Notes: generated from the letters alone by a model not told the origin. Counted from the first letter of the stretch, positions 41,660 to 50,958 are shown. The stretch: 64,000 nt of DNA from Fimbriimonadia bacterium (GCA_041483895.1 JBGPGO010000011.1:91390-155389), one strand, 5' to 3'. Translations and numbers: made by a program.

Positions 41660-41687
41660 CCTATCGAAAATAACCATTATCGATAGG
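41660..41687 (+). other. 28-bp dif-like recombination site, copy 6
   Basis: CCTATCGAAAA-TAACCA-TTATCGATAGG, at the left end of the core element. Confidence 0.85.
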
Positions 41688-41769
41688 TCTTTGGATTGCT
41701 GCGACGTTGGAGCTTTTGGCCGTACATCGGCGGCTGACTGCTGGCTGTGTACCGAGAATGGCTGCTGCG

Positions 41770-42450
41770 CTACTTAGGGCGCGTCGTGGGCGCATCCTGA
41801 GCCATCCCTTGCTTCTCACCTTGCCACTGGTCTGGACGCTTCGGATGCATACGCTCTCCATCCAGAGAGACATTCGGATAGCGCGGTAAGAGCAACTCGG
41901 ACAGTTCGCGGATGCGCGGATCCGGGTGGAGCGTCTTCGGATTCGATAGCATGCCGACCAAGGCGTCGGTCATTGCGGCGCACAAGGCGTTCTGGCCGTG
42001 ATAGCGATGGCTGAGGTGCCGGGCGTATTCCTCGGAGCAGCCGGTCGGCCCACCGCATCCATCCCGCAAGGCGCAGTCGCCCGCTTCCCGCGCGTAGCCC
42101 ACCGCCAGCGTTGCAATCCTTCTAGCGACGGCCGAGTCGAATGCCGGCGGAGTTGTTTTGCCGCCCCACCCCACGTGCGGCGCTCCCCAGAAGTGTTCGC
42201 ACGCCGCCTCAAACGTCTCAAATCGAATATCTACGAATCTTCTTGCGGCCACGTCGAAGGTGACGAGTCCTTTCGTGCAAGCGCTCCAGGCGGCGATGAA
42301 CGCGATCACGTCGGGGTGGATTGGCTTCTCTTTCCGCGGCGGCGGGAGCCGTGCCTCGATCTTCCTAAGTTGGCGTTCCAGCGAGTTCAGACTTCGCACT
42401 TGGTGCCTCTGGCGTCTTCCAACCGTAGCCGCTCTGCAACGCGTTTGCAA
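41770..42450 (-). CDS. Element-associated hypothetical protein
   Basis: Coding supported by conservation in the second copy at 20952-21339; start uncertain. Confidence 0.7.
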   Translation of the reverse strand: MQTRCRAATVGRRQRHQVRSLNSLERQLRKIEARLPPPRKEKPIHPDVIAFIAAWSACTKGLVTFDVAARRFVDIRFETFEAACEHFWGAPHVGWGGKTTPPAFDSAVARRIATLAVGYAREAGDCALRDGCGGPTGCSEEYARHLSHRYHGQNALCAAMTDALVGMLSNPKTLHPDPRIRELSELLLPRYPNVSLDGERMHPKRPDQWQGEKQGMAQDAPTTRPK

Positions 42451-42725
42451 ATTCGATCCATCTCCCGCGCTGATTTCGGATCGGCCCTGGGTGGTGGTAT
42501 CGAGTAATCAAAGCCTTCGACGCGTTCGCCACGCGCCATGCGTTCAAGATCGACGACACTTAGCGATTCAAGCCGCTCGTCACCACATCGCGGAAGCGTA
42601 GCCAAGGACGCCAATTCCTGAACTGTCCATCTCTTGAGGTCCGGCATTGGCATCAGCTCGAAGCTGGTTGCCACGAGCTGAGCCGCCTTATGCTCCAAAA
42701 GCTTCAATGTCTTTCGGAAGCGCAT
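42387..42725 (-). CDS. Hypothetical protein
   Basis: TGATG coupling with the upstream HTH gene. Confidence 0.55.
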   Translation of the reverse strand: MRFRKTLKLLEHKAAQLVATSFELMPMPDLKRWTVQELASLATLPRCGDERLESLSVVDLERMARGERVEGFDYSIPPPRADPKSAREMDRICKRVAERLRLEDARGTKCEV

Positions 42726-43123
42726 CAGTTCAGCGAATATGTTCTTGCGCCCATGGAATGGAGCTGCTCCTCAATAGCTTCGACCTGGGCATCGATGTTC
42801 AGATACTCCGAAAGCTTCGTCATCTCCGACAGGATGAGACGCGCGGCGCTGATGGCGACCATCTCGTTCTCTGATTGGAGAAGCTGGCCCGCGCGGATTG
42901 CGGCGGCCGCAGCGGTGGCAGCAAGCACCCCAGCAGCTTGGGCCATCATGTCGTTGCGGGCCTTCGTGACCGCTTTCTGGAACTCCGGCTCATTGAGGCG
43001 TCGCGCCACAGTTCGTGCGGACAGTCCTGTCTGGGTCGCTGCGCCGCGTACGCTCTTACCGTTCGCCAGGGCGAAGATGAGGTCCAGTTCCTTCCCCTTG
43101 TAAGTGTTGTCAATTCGTGGCAT
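42725..43123 (-). CDS. HTH protein resembling small-terminase-like proteins of mobile elements
   Basis: ALANGKSVRGAATQTGLSARTVARRLNEPEF..AISAARLIL. Confidence 0.7.
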   Translation of the reverse strand: MPRIDNTYKGKELDLIFALANGKSVRGAATQTGLSARTVARRLNEPEFQKAVTKARNDMMAQAAGVLAATAAAAAIRAGQLLQSENEMVAISAARLILSEMTKLSEYLNIDAQVEAIEEQLHSMGARTYSLN

Positions 43124-43132
43124 ATCAGGTTC

Positions 43133-44428
43133 CTACCCTTCCTCCAATTTCGCTTCGAGTCCCATGTCTTTCAGCCGCTGCAACGAAACCGCTGCATAGA
43201 TTTCGCTGACTTCAAGGGCGTAACAAACGCGGCCCAGCCTCTCGGCCGCAACGATTTGGGTTCCGCTGCCCGAGAACGGTTCGAAGACAAGATCGCCGCG
43301 CTCAGTGTGCTGCTGCATCGGAATCTCGAAAAGTTCAGTCGCTTTGACCGTTGGATGCTCGATTGAGTCCGCCTCGCCTCTGTTCGGATACGTCCACACA
43401 TTGGGTGGGAAGTCCGTGGCAACCCGTCGCGGTTCATTGCCTCGGATCCAACCGAAGGCGCAGCTTTCGGACTTGTTCATGTAATACGAATAGCCGAGAA
43501 CCGGACAGGTTTTGACCCAATGGATCGTCTGGTGCCAGAACGCGCCATGCTTAGCCCACACGGCTTCCAGAAGCGCCTGGTGGCGTTGCGCGTGCCAGTG
43601 ATACCAAGGAGCAGACTTGTCGATGGCGACTTCGATTGCCACCTTGATGAAGCCGTCGTAGAGGCCGGCGATAGAGTCGCCGTCGTCCCAGGACAATCCA
43701 TAGGAGCCGGACCAATCCTTGTTCTTGTCCTTTTTCTTGCCTGCTTTGACCAGCTTCTTATCTTCCCATGAGGAAGGATGATTCGTGCCGTCGTAATCGA
43801 CGCCGTAAGGCGGATCGGTAACGAACGTGACGGCACGTTTCCCGTCCATGAGGCGGCGAACATCATCGGCGTTTGTGGAATCTCCGATTAGGAGTTTGTG
43901 GGGACCGATGTGCCAGAGTTGGCCGCGCTTGGTTGCCCACGCTTTTTGAAGTTCTGCAGCCGCATCAAGTCGTGGCTCAGGATCTTCACCGACCGGAACA
44001 TCGTCTTGAAACGACTTGAGGAGCGCGTCAAGATCGCTGTCGTTGAAGCCGGTGCCAGATAGTCCCTCGCTAGTGGCCGCAAGCTCTTGGAGCAGTTCTG
44101 CCAACGCCTGATCATCCCAGGTCGAGATGTCGGAGAGCCGATTGTCCGCGATCATAATCCTCTTGGCTTCTGCGTCCGTCACGGAGATCCAAACGACGGG
44201 TACCTGTTCCAATCCCTCTTCAATCGCGGCGCGGAGTCGATGATTTCCAATTAGTACATGGTTAGTACCCTCTTGTACGATCAAGCTACCGAAAAAGCCG
44301 TTTTCGCGGATTGACTCCCCGATTGCCTGCGTCTGGCCACGGCGGGCATTCTGCGGATGCTCGATGAGCTCGCCAATTGGGACCATCTGATAGTCTTTGT
44401 TAATGATTGCTGGTGTCGTCTTTCCCAT
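43133..44428 (-). CDS. ParB-like domain fused to N4/N6 DNA methyltransferase
   Basis: HPQNAR..SIRENGF..GNHRLRAA..IADNR (ParB-like); catalytic TDPPY; HPTVK; SAM-binding EPFSGSGT. Confidence 0.9.
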   Translation of the reverse strand: MGKTTPAIINKDYQMVPIGELIEHPQNARRGQTQAIGESIRENGFFGSLIVQEGTNHVLIGNHRLRAAIEEGLEQVPVVWISVTDAEAKRIMIADNRLSDISTWDDQALAELLQELAATSEGLSGTGFNDSDLDALLKSFQDDVPVGEDPEPRLDAAAELQKAWATKRGQLWHIGPHKLLIGDSTNADDVRRLMDGKRAVTFVTDPPYGVDYDGTNHPSSWEDKKLVKAGKKKDKNKDWSGSYGLSWDDGDSIAGLYDGFIKVAIEVAIDKSAPWYHWHAQRHQALLEAVWAKHGAFWHQTIHWVKTCPVLGYSYYMNKSESCAFGWIRGNEPRRVATDFPPNVWTYPNRGEADSIEHPTVKATELFEIPMQQHTERGDLVFEPFSGSGTQIVAAERLGRVCYALEVSEIYAAVSLQRLKDMGLEAKLEEG

Positions 44429-44431
44429 TCG

Positions 44432-44788
44432 TTAGTTCCTTGAAATAATTGTGCGTCGGAGCTTTCTGGCGGATCCCGACATTTCGGCTAACGTCGCGGA
44501 CACACTCTGGCCACCCGCCCAATACCAATAGCGCGGAAGGGAGTTGGCCGGGATCACCAGGTCACCCCTCGTGTTGAAATAGGGCCGCGCCGGGTACTTC
44601 GACTGGTCGTCTTTCTCCTCGGCGAGGCGGTGTAGGTATTTTATGAGTCTCGGCTTGTGGCTCACCACAAGGGTTCGAATCTCGTCTGTGATCTCGCCAG
44701 GAGGCGCACTGATCCGTATCGATTCGCCTTCCAATGCAAGCCGGATCCTCTTGCATGCTAGGTCCTGTAGAAGTTCTTGCACCTTCAT
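44432..44788 (-). CDS. Small protein following the primase (TubC-N-docking-like)
   Basis: MKVQELLQDLACKRIRLALEGESIRISAPPGEIT..HKPRLIKYL; starts 1 bp after the primase stop. Confidence 0.65.
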   Translation of the reverse strand: MKVQELLQDLACKRIRLALEGESIRISAPPGEITDEIRTLVVSHKPRLIKYLHRLAEEKDDQSKYPARPYFNTRGDLVIPANSLPRYWYWAGGQSVSATLAEMSGSARKLRRTIISRN

Positions 44789-44789
44789 C

Positions 44790-47384
44790 TCACACCACCG
44801 CAGATTCCTCTTGTTTGTCGAAAACCCGACCAAACTGACCGGCAGGGTCAGCGTCTTCATCAAATTGGTCGGGTTGGTCGGGTTCTTCCGACTCAAACGC
44901 TGCAGCATCAAGATAGAGAACTTCGGTCCTCTTTCCTCCGACGGTCCTGCGAACGGTCAGCACCTCGCGATTTTTGTCAACTTCCTGGAGATATCCCTTT
45001 TCATGCAGGCGCTTGTGAAGCGTGCTGATCCCGATCTTGATTCCATCGGCTCCGCTGCACGCGGCCTGGGCACATTGAAATGATGCGTCCGGCTGCAGGA
45101 AGACATCGTCTCCGTCCACCCATCCAATCCGTGTCCCCTGCGGCCGCCACTCGGTGTTCGTGTATCCTGACGAGGTAACTTCGTGCGGTCTCCATCCCCA
45201 TGCGCCCGCGTCCAACGGTGCATCGCCCTCCATTGAAGCAACGTGAGCCTTTCCGCTGCTGATCGCCGCTATGAGAAGCTGGATGTAGCGATTAGCAGAC
45301 TCAGCCCCAAGTTGATATGCCGTCTGCGCCCGTCCAGCTTCCATGAGACGCGTCCAAACCTCTGTCCATATCTGCTGTTCTTGTTCTGTGGTAATGAAAC
45401 TCGAGGATGCGGCAAAGCGCAGGAATATCTGCATCCCGGCTCCCAGATTGGCAACCAGCTCCGGCGTGCGAAGATGCAGAGACCCCTGAAGGATCTGGCT
45501 ACGAAGACTGGTTCGGCGCTGTTCGAGCTCCTCCTGAACCCGGTCGTAGTGCTTCGCCACCCACACCAGAAACGCCGCCATCGATCTCGCATATGAGCCC
45601 TCCCTCGCAAGCTGCTGGCAAACAGTGAGTTTCTTCTTGGAAACCGATCGGCGGTTCAGCTCAACGATCAGCATCCGCGGTCGAAGTGAGGTTCCGCCTG
45701 GTACATCCTCTCCCGACGACATAAGCGTGCCACGCGGCGGTCTCGGTTCCTTCTGATTGGCATCCGCATTCAGGCGTTGACGTCCCGAGTTGTTGGCCTG
45801 CGCCCTAATCAGGCGGTCTGCTTTTGCGTGAAGAGATTCGACTTCGCGCGACGATCCAACCGGCGCAAAGTCGTCAACCGTGAGGAGCGCGTCTTTGGCA
45901 CGGCACGCGAGGTCTTCCAGCGAATTGGCGGTCGACGACCAGTTGCCCGGCAGCTTTAGCCTCGACATTTCGGGTCCATAGTGTTGCTGGGCTAGAGCGC
46001 TGAGCTCGGACTTCAGAGAGCCGGTCGGCCCCACGAGAAACAGCGTGAAATCGGTTGTGCCCAGACAAGCGCGGTAGACCGTTGCAAGCAGGGGGGCCAT
46101 GATGCGGATGTCGGCCAGCGTAAGCAGATCGAGGCTCGCGAGCACAGCCTCCTTAGCCTCATCTCCAGCTGGCGGCTCCGGCAATCTAAAACGTTCGAGC
46201 GGTCCGAAGAGCCGCACTTGGACATCTAACGGTCCGTCCGCTCCAATCGCGCCTCCTGCATGCAGATATGCCCACTTCCCATCATCCATTTGCCGCCAAC
46301 CCAGATGGGAGTAGACCCGTGTCACGGCAGGTTCATCGGACAGCAACTGGATTGCCTCTCGGAATCGGTCCTTGGCGCCCATTCCCGCAGAAATTGAGGC
46401 GAGCGGCCCCAATTGTTCATTGACCCAGTTCATGCTCGGAAATCCAGAGACCGGGACGGTAAATCGCTTGCTCTCGCCGCGAAACCTCGATTCGATTTCA
46501 AGAGCGCGACGAATGGTGATGCCATCGTCTTCGATGATGTCGCCGACGATCTTTGCGATGAAGTTGGCAAGCCGAGAGGGAATCGTTCCTTCGCGCGTCT
46601 GCCGGTTGTGGAATGTGCCCTCGTCGGTCATCTCGTATTCACAAGTCTTGACTGTCTCTTGGCTCGGAGGTAACGGCCGCAGCTGTGATTCTGCGAGCGC
46701 AAGGAGATCGTCGATACCATGACCTTCCGTAATGAAATCATCGAGGCCAATTTTCCGACCAAACTGACCGTGAGGAAGATAGACGTAATGGACGCGGGCT
46801 CCGCGCTGCTTCAGAAACGCACCCAGCCGATCGACCGCGCTATGCACTTCCTTCTTGTGCATCGCGTCCGAATCGAAGCAGATGTTAACGTCGCGCGGCT
46901 GGTCGTTGCCGTCCTTGAGGGCGATGCTGTCCCAATCGGGGAGCGCTGTCTTGCCGAAGTACTCGTTCTTTCCCCTCCAGTTCCAGACGCCGATGAGGGC
47001 GATGCAGCAGAGGCCGAGCGTGATCGCGCTGTCAGCTTTTTTTGCGCCTTCAGTGATCCAGAGCGGCACTGCCGGGTCTTTGATCTGTTCCTGAATGAAT
47101 GGATGGACGTCGATAGCCATTGAGGAACCAAATGGGAACTCGTATTTGACGATCTTGCCGTTCTTTTGGCGCGGTTCATCGGGCCGGTGGTGCCTGAGAG
47201 CGATTTCCCCATGAACGCCCCAGATTGGGACTAGGAGCGTCGGGACGCTGAGTTGAGAAGCTCCAAAGCCAAGGCGCTTGAGTTCGGCGGCGGTCTTAAC
47301 GGACCGGTACCCTCGTGCCTTGATGACTTCGTCGGAAATCGCTGACGCCTCGAGCATCGCCTTGTGGTGCGGCAGCAGGTCCAT
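44790..47384 (-). CDS. Primase-helicase replication protein (DUF3854 Toprim-like plus DUF927/P-loop-like)
   Basis: WITEGAKKAD, ICFDSD, KIGLDD (Toprim-like); HLGW; GPTGSLKS, LTVDD; ATG coupled to the excisionase stop (TGATG). Confidence 0.85.
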   Translation of the reverse strand: MDLLPHHKAMLEASAISDEVIKARGYRSVKTAAELKRLGFGASQLSVPTLLVPIWGVHGEIALRHHRPDEPRQKNGKIVKYEFPFGSSMAIDVHPFIQEQIKDPAVPLWITEGAKKADSAITLGLCCIALIGVWNWRGKNEYFGKTALPDWDSIALKDGNDQPRDVNICFDSDAMHKKEVHSAVDRLGAFLKQRGARVHYVYLPHGQFGRKIGLDDFITEGHGIDDLLALAESQLRPLPPSQETVKTCEYEMTDEGTFHNRQTREGTIPSRLANFIAKIVGDIIEDDGITIRRALEIESRFRGESKRFTVPVSGFPSMNWVNEQLGPLASISAGMGAKDRFREAIQLLSDEPAVTRVYSHLGWRQMDDGKWAYLHAGGAIGADGPLDVQVRLFGPLERFRLPEPPAGDEAKEAVLASLDLLTLADIRIMAPLLATVYRACLGTTDFTLFLVGPTGSLKSELSALAQQHYGPEMSRLKLPGNWSSTANSLEDLACRAKDALLTVDDFAPVGSSREVESLHAKADRLIRAQANNSGRQRLNADANQKEPRPPRGTLMSSGEDVPGGTSLRPRMLIVELNRRSVSKKKLTVCQQLAREGSYARSMAAFLVWVAKHYDRVQEELEQRRTSLRSQILQGSLHLRTPELVANLGAGMQIFLRFAASSSFITTEQEQQIWTEVWTRLMEAGRAQTAYQLGAESANRYIQLLIAAISSGKAHVASMEGDAPLDAGAWGWRPHEVTSSGYTNTEWRPQGTRIGWVDGDDVFLQPDASFQCAQAACSGADGIKIGISTLHKRLHEKGYLQEVDKNREVLTVRRTVGGKRTEVLYLDAAAFESEEPDQPDQFDEDADPAGQFGRVFDKQEESAVV

Positions 47385-47614
47385 CAGGACTCGCCCCTCC
47401 CGCCGTTCGAATCCGCTGGTGCAAGACCGGCCTGCTGGTCGATCCATCTGAGCAGCCCTTCCCGGTGGACCCGGACGGCGCGGCCGAAGCGAACGGTTGG
47501 CCAGACCCCGCCTGCGCAAAGCTCGTAACCGAGCGCGCGGGAGACGCCCGCGAGTTGCGATGCGGCCGCAACGCTGATCAGAATCGGTTTATCTTCGTCC
47601 ACGTTAATCGCCAT
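47384..47614 (-). CDS. Excisionase-like HTH protein
   Basis: LISVAAASQLAGVSRALGYELC..G.WPTVRFGRAVRVHREGLLRWI. Confidence 0.85.
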   Translation of the reverse strand: MAINVDEDKPILISVAAASQLAGVSRALGYELCAGGVWPTVRFGRAVRVHREGLLRWIDQQAGLAPADSNGGRGES

Positions 47615-47770
47615 TTTATCACTTCTCGCACGGTTTTTGGAACAAAATACGTATCTAGTCCACCACGATACTTGACGTTTATGGAGCCCACCGTATAGAC
47701 TAGTGTATCTGGAAGCGTTGAATTCAGGAATGGTGATACCGTAGAATTTACGTCACAAGGAGGCAAAAGC

Positions 47771-48661
47771 ATGAAAAAGGCGGGCAGAACGCCGGAGCCG
47801 ACAACGTTTGAAGAGGGCCGTTTTGGTCCGTATGCCTTTTTCTGGGACGTCGCTGTGGACGGCTATCGTTGGGAAACTGAGCTCAAAGAGTTCGGAAATA
47901 CGAGCGCACTCGCTTACCTCGTCGAATGTCCCGAAGGTGGTTACACAACGTACACGCCGTTGAAAATCCGAGACCTTCACCGACGGTTCGCGAAACTCTC
48001 TGAGAGGACGAACGGAATGTTGCGCGAGGAGATTCTGGACTTCGCCAACGAATACGGTCTCCTCGGTTGTCCTCGAGATCTGTGGAAGTTCGAAGGGGAT
48101 CGCGGCGAGCTCGCTTATTTTGGCGAGCGGGACTCCGACTGGCGAATACGATTCCATGAGTTCACATGCCTATTGCGCATCTGGGACTTCATCAGGACTG
48201 ACGATAAGCCCGCGCTGAGGAAGATAATCCAGTGGTCGGATGATGGGACGAATGTTTGGGTCAAGGGATTTGCTCCTTCACCTACGCCAGCGTGGAATCT
48301 TGCTGAAAAGGGATCGCCAAGAACCGGATATCTAATTGATCAGTGGCCACGTCTTAGCGTCATCGCTCCTGCGAAGCACTTCTTGTACCGAGAAATCAAT
48401 CGAGTCTTGGCGGAACAAGCAGCGCCACAGATATTCACCGATCGACCCGGTGAATCCCTAATCATGCCCAAGTCGTTGCTCGGCGCGATCTATGTTCTTT
48501 TTGCGCTGGAAGTCGGAGGCATCGCCCAGCCTCCTATCCAGTGTCCCGGATGCGGAGAGTACTTTGTTCCCCACCATGGCAGGCAAAGGCATTGCAGCGA
48601 TAGTTGTCGCCAGAAAAGTTATACACGTAGGAAGAAGGAGGCGCTCAAAGACAATGAGTAA
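47771..48661 (+). CDS. Putative regulator with C-terminal CGNR-like zinc finger
   Basis: FANEYGLL; CPGCGEYF..RQRHCSDSCRQK; divergent from the excisionase and overlapping the integrase start. Confidence 0.75.
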   Translation: MKKAGRTPEPTTFEEGRFGPYAFFWDVAVDGYRWETELKEFGNTSALAYLVECPEGGYTTYTPLKIRDLHRRFAKLSERTNGMLREEILDFANEYGLLGCPRDLWKFEGDRGELAYFGERDSDWRIRFHEFTCLLRIWDFIRTDDKPALRKIIQWSDDGTNVWVKGFAPSPTPAWNLAEKGSPRTGYLIDQWPRLSVIAPAKHFLYREINRVLAEQAAPQIFTDRPGESLIMPKSLLGAIYVLFALEVGGIAQPPIQCPGCGEYFVPHHGRQRHCSDSCRQKSYTRRKKEALKDNE

Positions 48662-49787
48662 GCGAGGACCGAACGAGGGTTCGATCTATTTGAGGAAGGA
48701 CGGCCGCTGGGCCGCATCGATTGAAATTGGATTTGAAAATGGTATACGGCGGCGCAAGCATTACTTGGGGAGAACGCGTCGCGAGGTGCAGGAGAAGCTG
48801 AATGAGGCGGTGTCGGCAAAGAGTCAGGGAATGCCGGTTTCGGTAAAGCGCCAGACGGTCGCACAGTTTTTCAATGACTGGTTGGAGAACACAAAGAAGC
48901 CTTCTGTTCGGCAACGGACATATGAGTCATACGAGTCGGTCGTTCGGCTGCACATTGTTCCAGCAATTGGGCACATCCAGCTCGCCAACCTCACACCCCA
49001 AGACGTCACGCGCCTCATAAACAAGAAGCTACAGTCAGGCCAATCGCCGACTACCGCTCTCTACGTCAAGCGCGTCCTCGGCATGGGCTTAAAGCATGCG
49101 ATGATGTGGGGCGAGCTTGGGAGGAACGTCGCGACGCTAGTGCCATCGCCGAAAATAGAGCGAGAAGAGGTGCGGGCGCTTTCGCCTGAGGAGACCCGGC
49201 AGTTCTTAGCGGTTCTCAAAGGTGATCGGACCGAAGCGCTGTTCGTGGTCGCCACATCCTTGGGCCTTCGATTAGGCGAAGTCCTTGGCTTGTCCTGGGA
49301 TGACGTCGATCTTGAGGGCCAGAAGTTGAGCGTGCGCAAGCAGCTACAGCGAATCGGCGGAAAGCTTGTCCGCACAGAGCCGAAGACACGACGGTCTAGG
49401 CGGACGATCGGTTTACCCTCGATTGCGGTGGACGCATTGCGCGAGCACCGGATCCGGCAATTCGAAGAGCGCCTGATCGCAGGTGAGCGTTGGGTCGACA
49501 CAGGCCTGATTTTCACAACGACGATCGGTACGCCATTCGAACAACGCAACGTCCGACGTCATCTAGATCAGCTACTTGACAGAGTCGGCCTGCCGCACAT
49601 CAACCCGCATGCCCTGCGCCACACGGCAGCGAGCCTGCTACTCGCGCAGGGTGTTCACCCGAGGGTGATCATGGAGACGCTCGGCCACTCCCAGATCTCA
49701 ACGACAATGAACCTCTATGCGCACGTCATGGGCGAGGTCCAGCGCGAGGCGGCAGAGTCCATGGATCGAATATTGAGATCTGGATAG
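48654..49787 (+). CDS. int: Tyrosine integrase (phage/ICE type)
   Basis: NEGSIYLRKDGRW arm-binding domain; GLRLGEVLGLSW, PKT, HALRHTAAS, LGHS, NLYAH. Confidence 0.95.
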   Translation: MSKRGPNEGSIYLRKDGRWAASIEIGFENGIRRRKHYLGRTRREVQEKLNEAVSAKSQGMPVSVKRQTVAQFFNDWLENTKKPSVRQRTYESYESVVRLHIVPAIGHIQLANLTPQDVTRLINKKLQSGQSPTTALYVKRVLGMGLKHAMMWGELGRNVATLVPSPKIEREEVRALSPEETRQFLAVLKGDRTEALFVVATSLGLRLGEVLGLSWDDVDLEGQKLSVRKQLQRIGGKLVRTEPKTRRSRRTIGLPSIAVDALREHRIRQFEERLIAGERWVDTGLIFTTTIGTPFEQRNVRRHLDQLLDRVGLPHINPHALRHTAASLLLAQGVHPRVIMETLGHSQISTTMNLYAHVMGEVQREAAESMDRILRSG

Positions 49788-49806
49788 GGCCTCATAGAGT
49801 GCACGT

Positions 49807-50202
49807 CTAACCACATCCCAACAATCTCCCCACGGCCTTTACGTGAGCCGGTGTGAATTGGGACTGGACCAGCGCCTTTCTCATTTGATTCACGAGATCA
49901 CTATCCGCAACACCGAAGTGCTTGACATTCGTTTCGCTCGTAAGCACGATCAACAACTTGCGGAAAGGGTAACACACGGCACCAGCAAAGTTAATTGCCG
50001 ACCGTTTGCGGAGCCGATGAACTGACGTTATTGTAACTCCAGCTTCAAGGACCATAGCTCCGTCATCAGTATTGCGCGCATCGGTGAAATTGACGGCAAT
50101 GGCATCTCCAATCGGATCTGGATCAGTGAGGATGATGTACAGATGATCTTGAAGAAGGCCCGGTACGTTCGGTATGAACGCATGCCCGGCGTCGAATCTC
50201 AA
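49807..50202 (-). CDS. Putative toxin partner of the Panacea antitoxin (possibly PemK/MazF-like)
   Basis: 4-bp overlap with the upstream antitoxin gene; HLYIILTDP..AVNFT pattern. Confidence 0.55.
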   Translation of the reverse strand: MRFDAGHAFIPNVPGLLQDHLYIILTDPDPIGDAIAVNFTDARNTDDGAMVLEAGVTITSVHRLRKRSAINFAGAVCYPFRKLLIVLTSETNVKHFGVADSDLVNQMRKALVQSQFTPAHVKAVGRLLGCG

Positions 50203-50750
50203 TCACGAGCCTCAGCGAGCAGTTCATCCAAAGCTTCCCTAGCACGCTGTTCCTCAAGTCTTTCGCGGATTAGCTCCTCGGGCAAGTCCAGGGCCTCATA
50301 TATCTGTCGCAACGTTATCTGTTCGCATGAGCCGCCGGGATCTTTCCACTCCGCAAAAGTATGAGTTAGTTCGACGATGTCCCACTTGTTCTTCTTGCCG
50401 AATTCCGACCATATTTCGGATGCCATCTTGAGCTCGGCTTCAGAAAGATACAAAGTGGGATCCAATTCGCTCAATAGCCGAACCCGGTAGCCTGTTGGTG
50501 CTGAAATATGCTCGCTCCAGACGGAAGGATCCTCTTGGCCTGATTTGATCAAGTCCAAGGTCCTACTAAGGACGGGCCCTCGATCCATCGAAAAGAACTT
50601 GTCGCCTGTTATGGAAACACCGGTGGCCCTCAAGGCTCGTCGCTCAGCGAGATACAGAAGCTTCATCAGCTTCAGATATTCAATCTGCCCGCCGGCCTTC
50701 TTCATGAAGTAGACGGCCAGCGCAGTTGCTTTTTGCTCGTTAAATCCCAT
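50199..50750 (-). CDS. Panacea (DUF4065/SocA-like) antitoxin
   Basis: LKLMKLLYLAER..ITGD.F.SM.RGPV..ELTH..EW; likely start MGFNE at 50750. Confidence 0.85.
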   Translation of the reverse strand: MGFNEQKATALAVYFMKKAGGQIEYLKLMKLLYLAERRALRATGVSITGDKFFSMDRGPVLSRTLDLIKSGQEDPSVWSEHISAPTGYRVRLLSELDPTLYLSEAELKMASEIWSEFGKKNKWDIVELTHTFAEWKDPGGSCEQITLRQIYEALDLPEELIRERLEEQRAREALDELLAEARD

Positions 50751-50958
50751 TGCTCCAATACTAGTATACGCGTGTCCAACCGAAAACACTAACATTGAGA
50801 AGGATCCAGGTAGAAAATCATGGACCTTAGTCCGGCGAGTCCGCACCGTACGCTGCGTTCCATAGGTTGCTTTCGGCTAGGCTGTCAACTTGGCTGTCAG
50901 ACAGCCCAAATTGGAGCTAAATTCCTATGTGGATGCGTTACATCTAGGTTCAAAAATG

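Larger units (their letters stand above)
41660..50958. mobile_element. tRNA-integrated, capsid-less integrative element core (satellite/IME-like)
   Basis: Integrase, regulator, excisionase, primase-helicase, methylase and HTH genes next to the tRNA-Arg 3' end; no structural or conjugation genes; the island probably extends much further left. Confidence 0.8.

Noticed and set aside
8885..41687. The 28-bp repeats as a CRISPR array or integron attC sites
   Set aside because: Copies are 2.8-11 kb apart, no cas genes are present, there are no RYYYAAC/GTTRRRY ends, and neither recombinase shows the IntI-specific insertion.
43133..44428. Restriction-modification system
   Set aside because: No adjacent endonuclease; ParB-methylase fusions are common orphan genes of phages and mobile elements.
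48492..48653. Extended integrase N-terminus in the ORF track
   Set aside because: It overlaps the upstream gene; the ATG at 48654 has an AGGAGG RBS and gives a typical integrase start.
41770..49787. Intact prophage
   Set aside because: No capsid, portal, large terminase, tail or lysis genes are visible.
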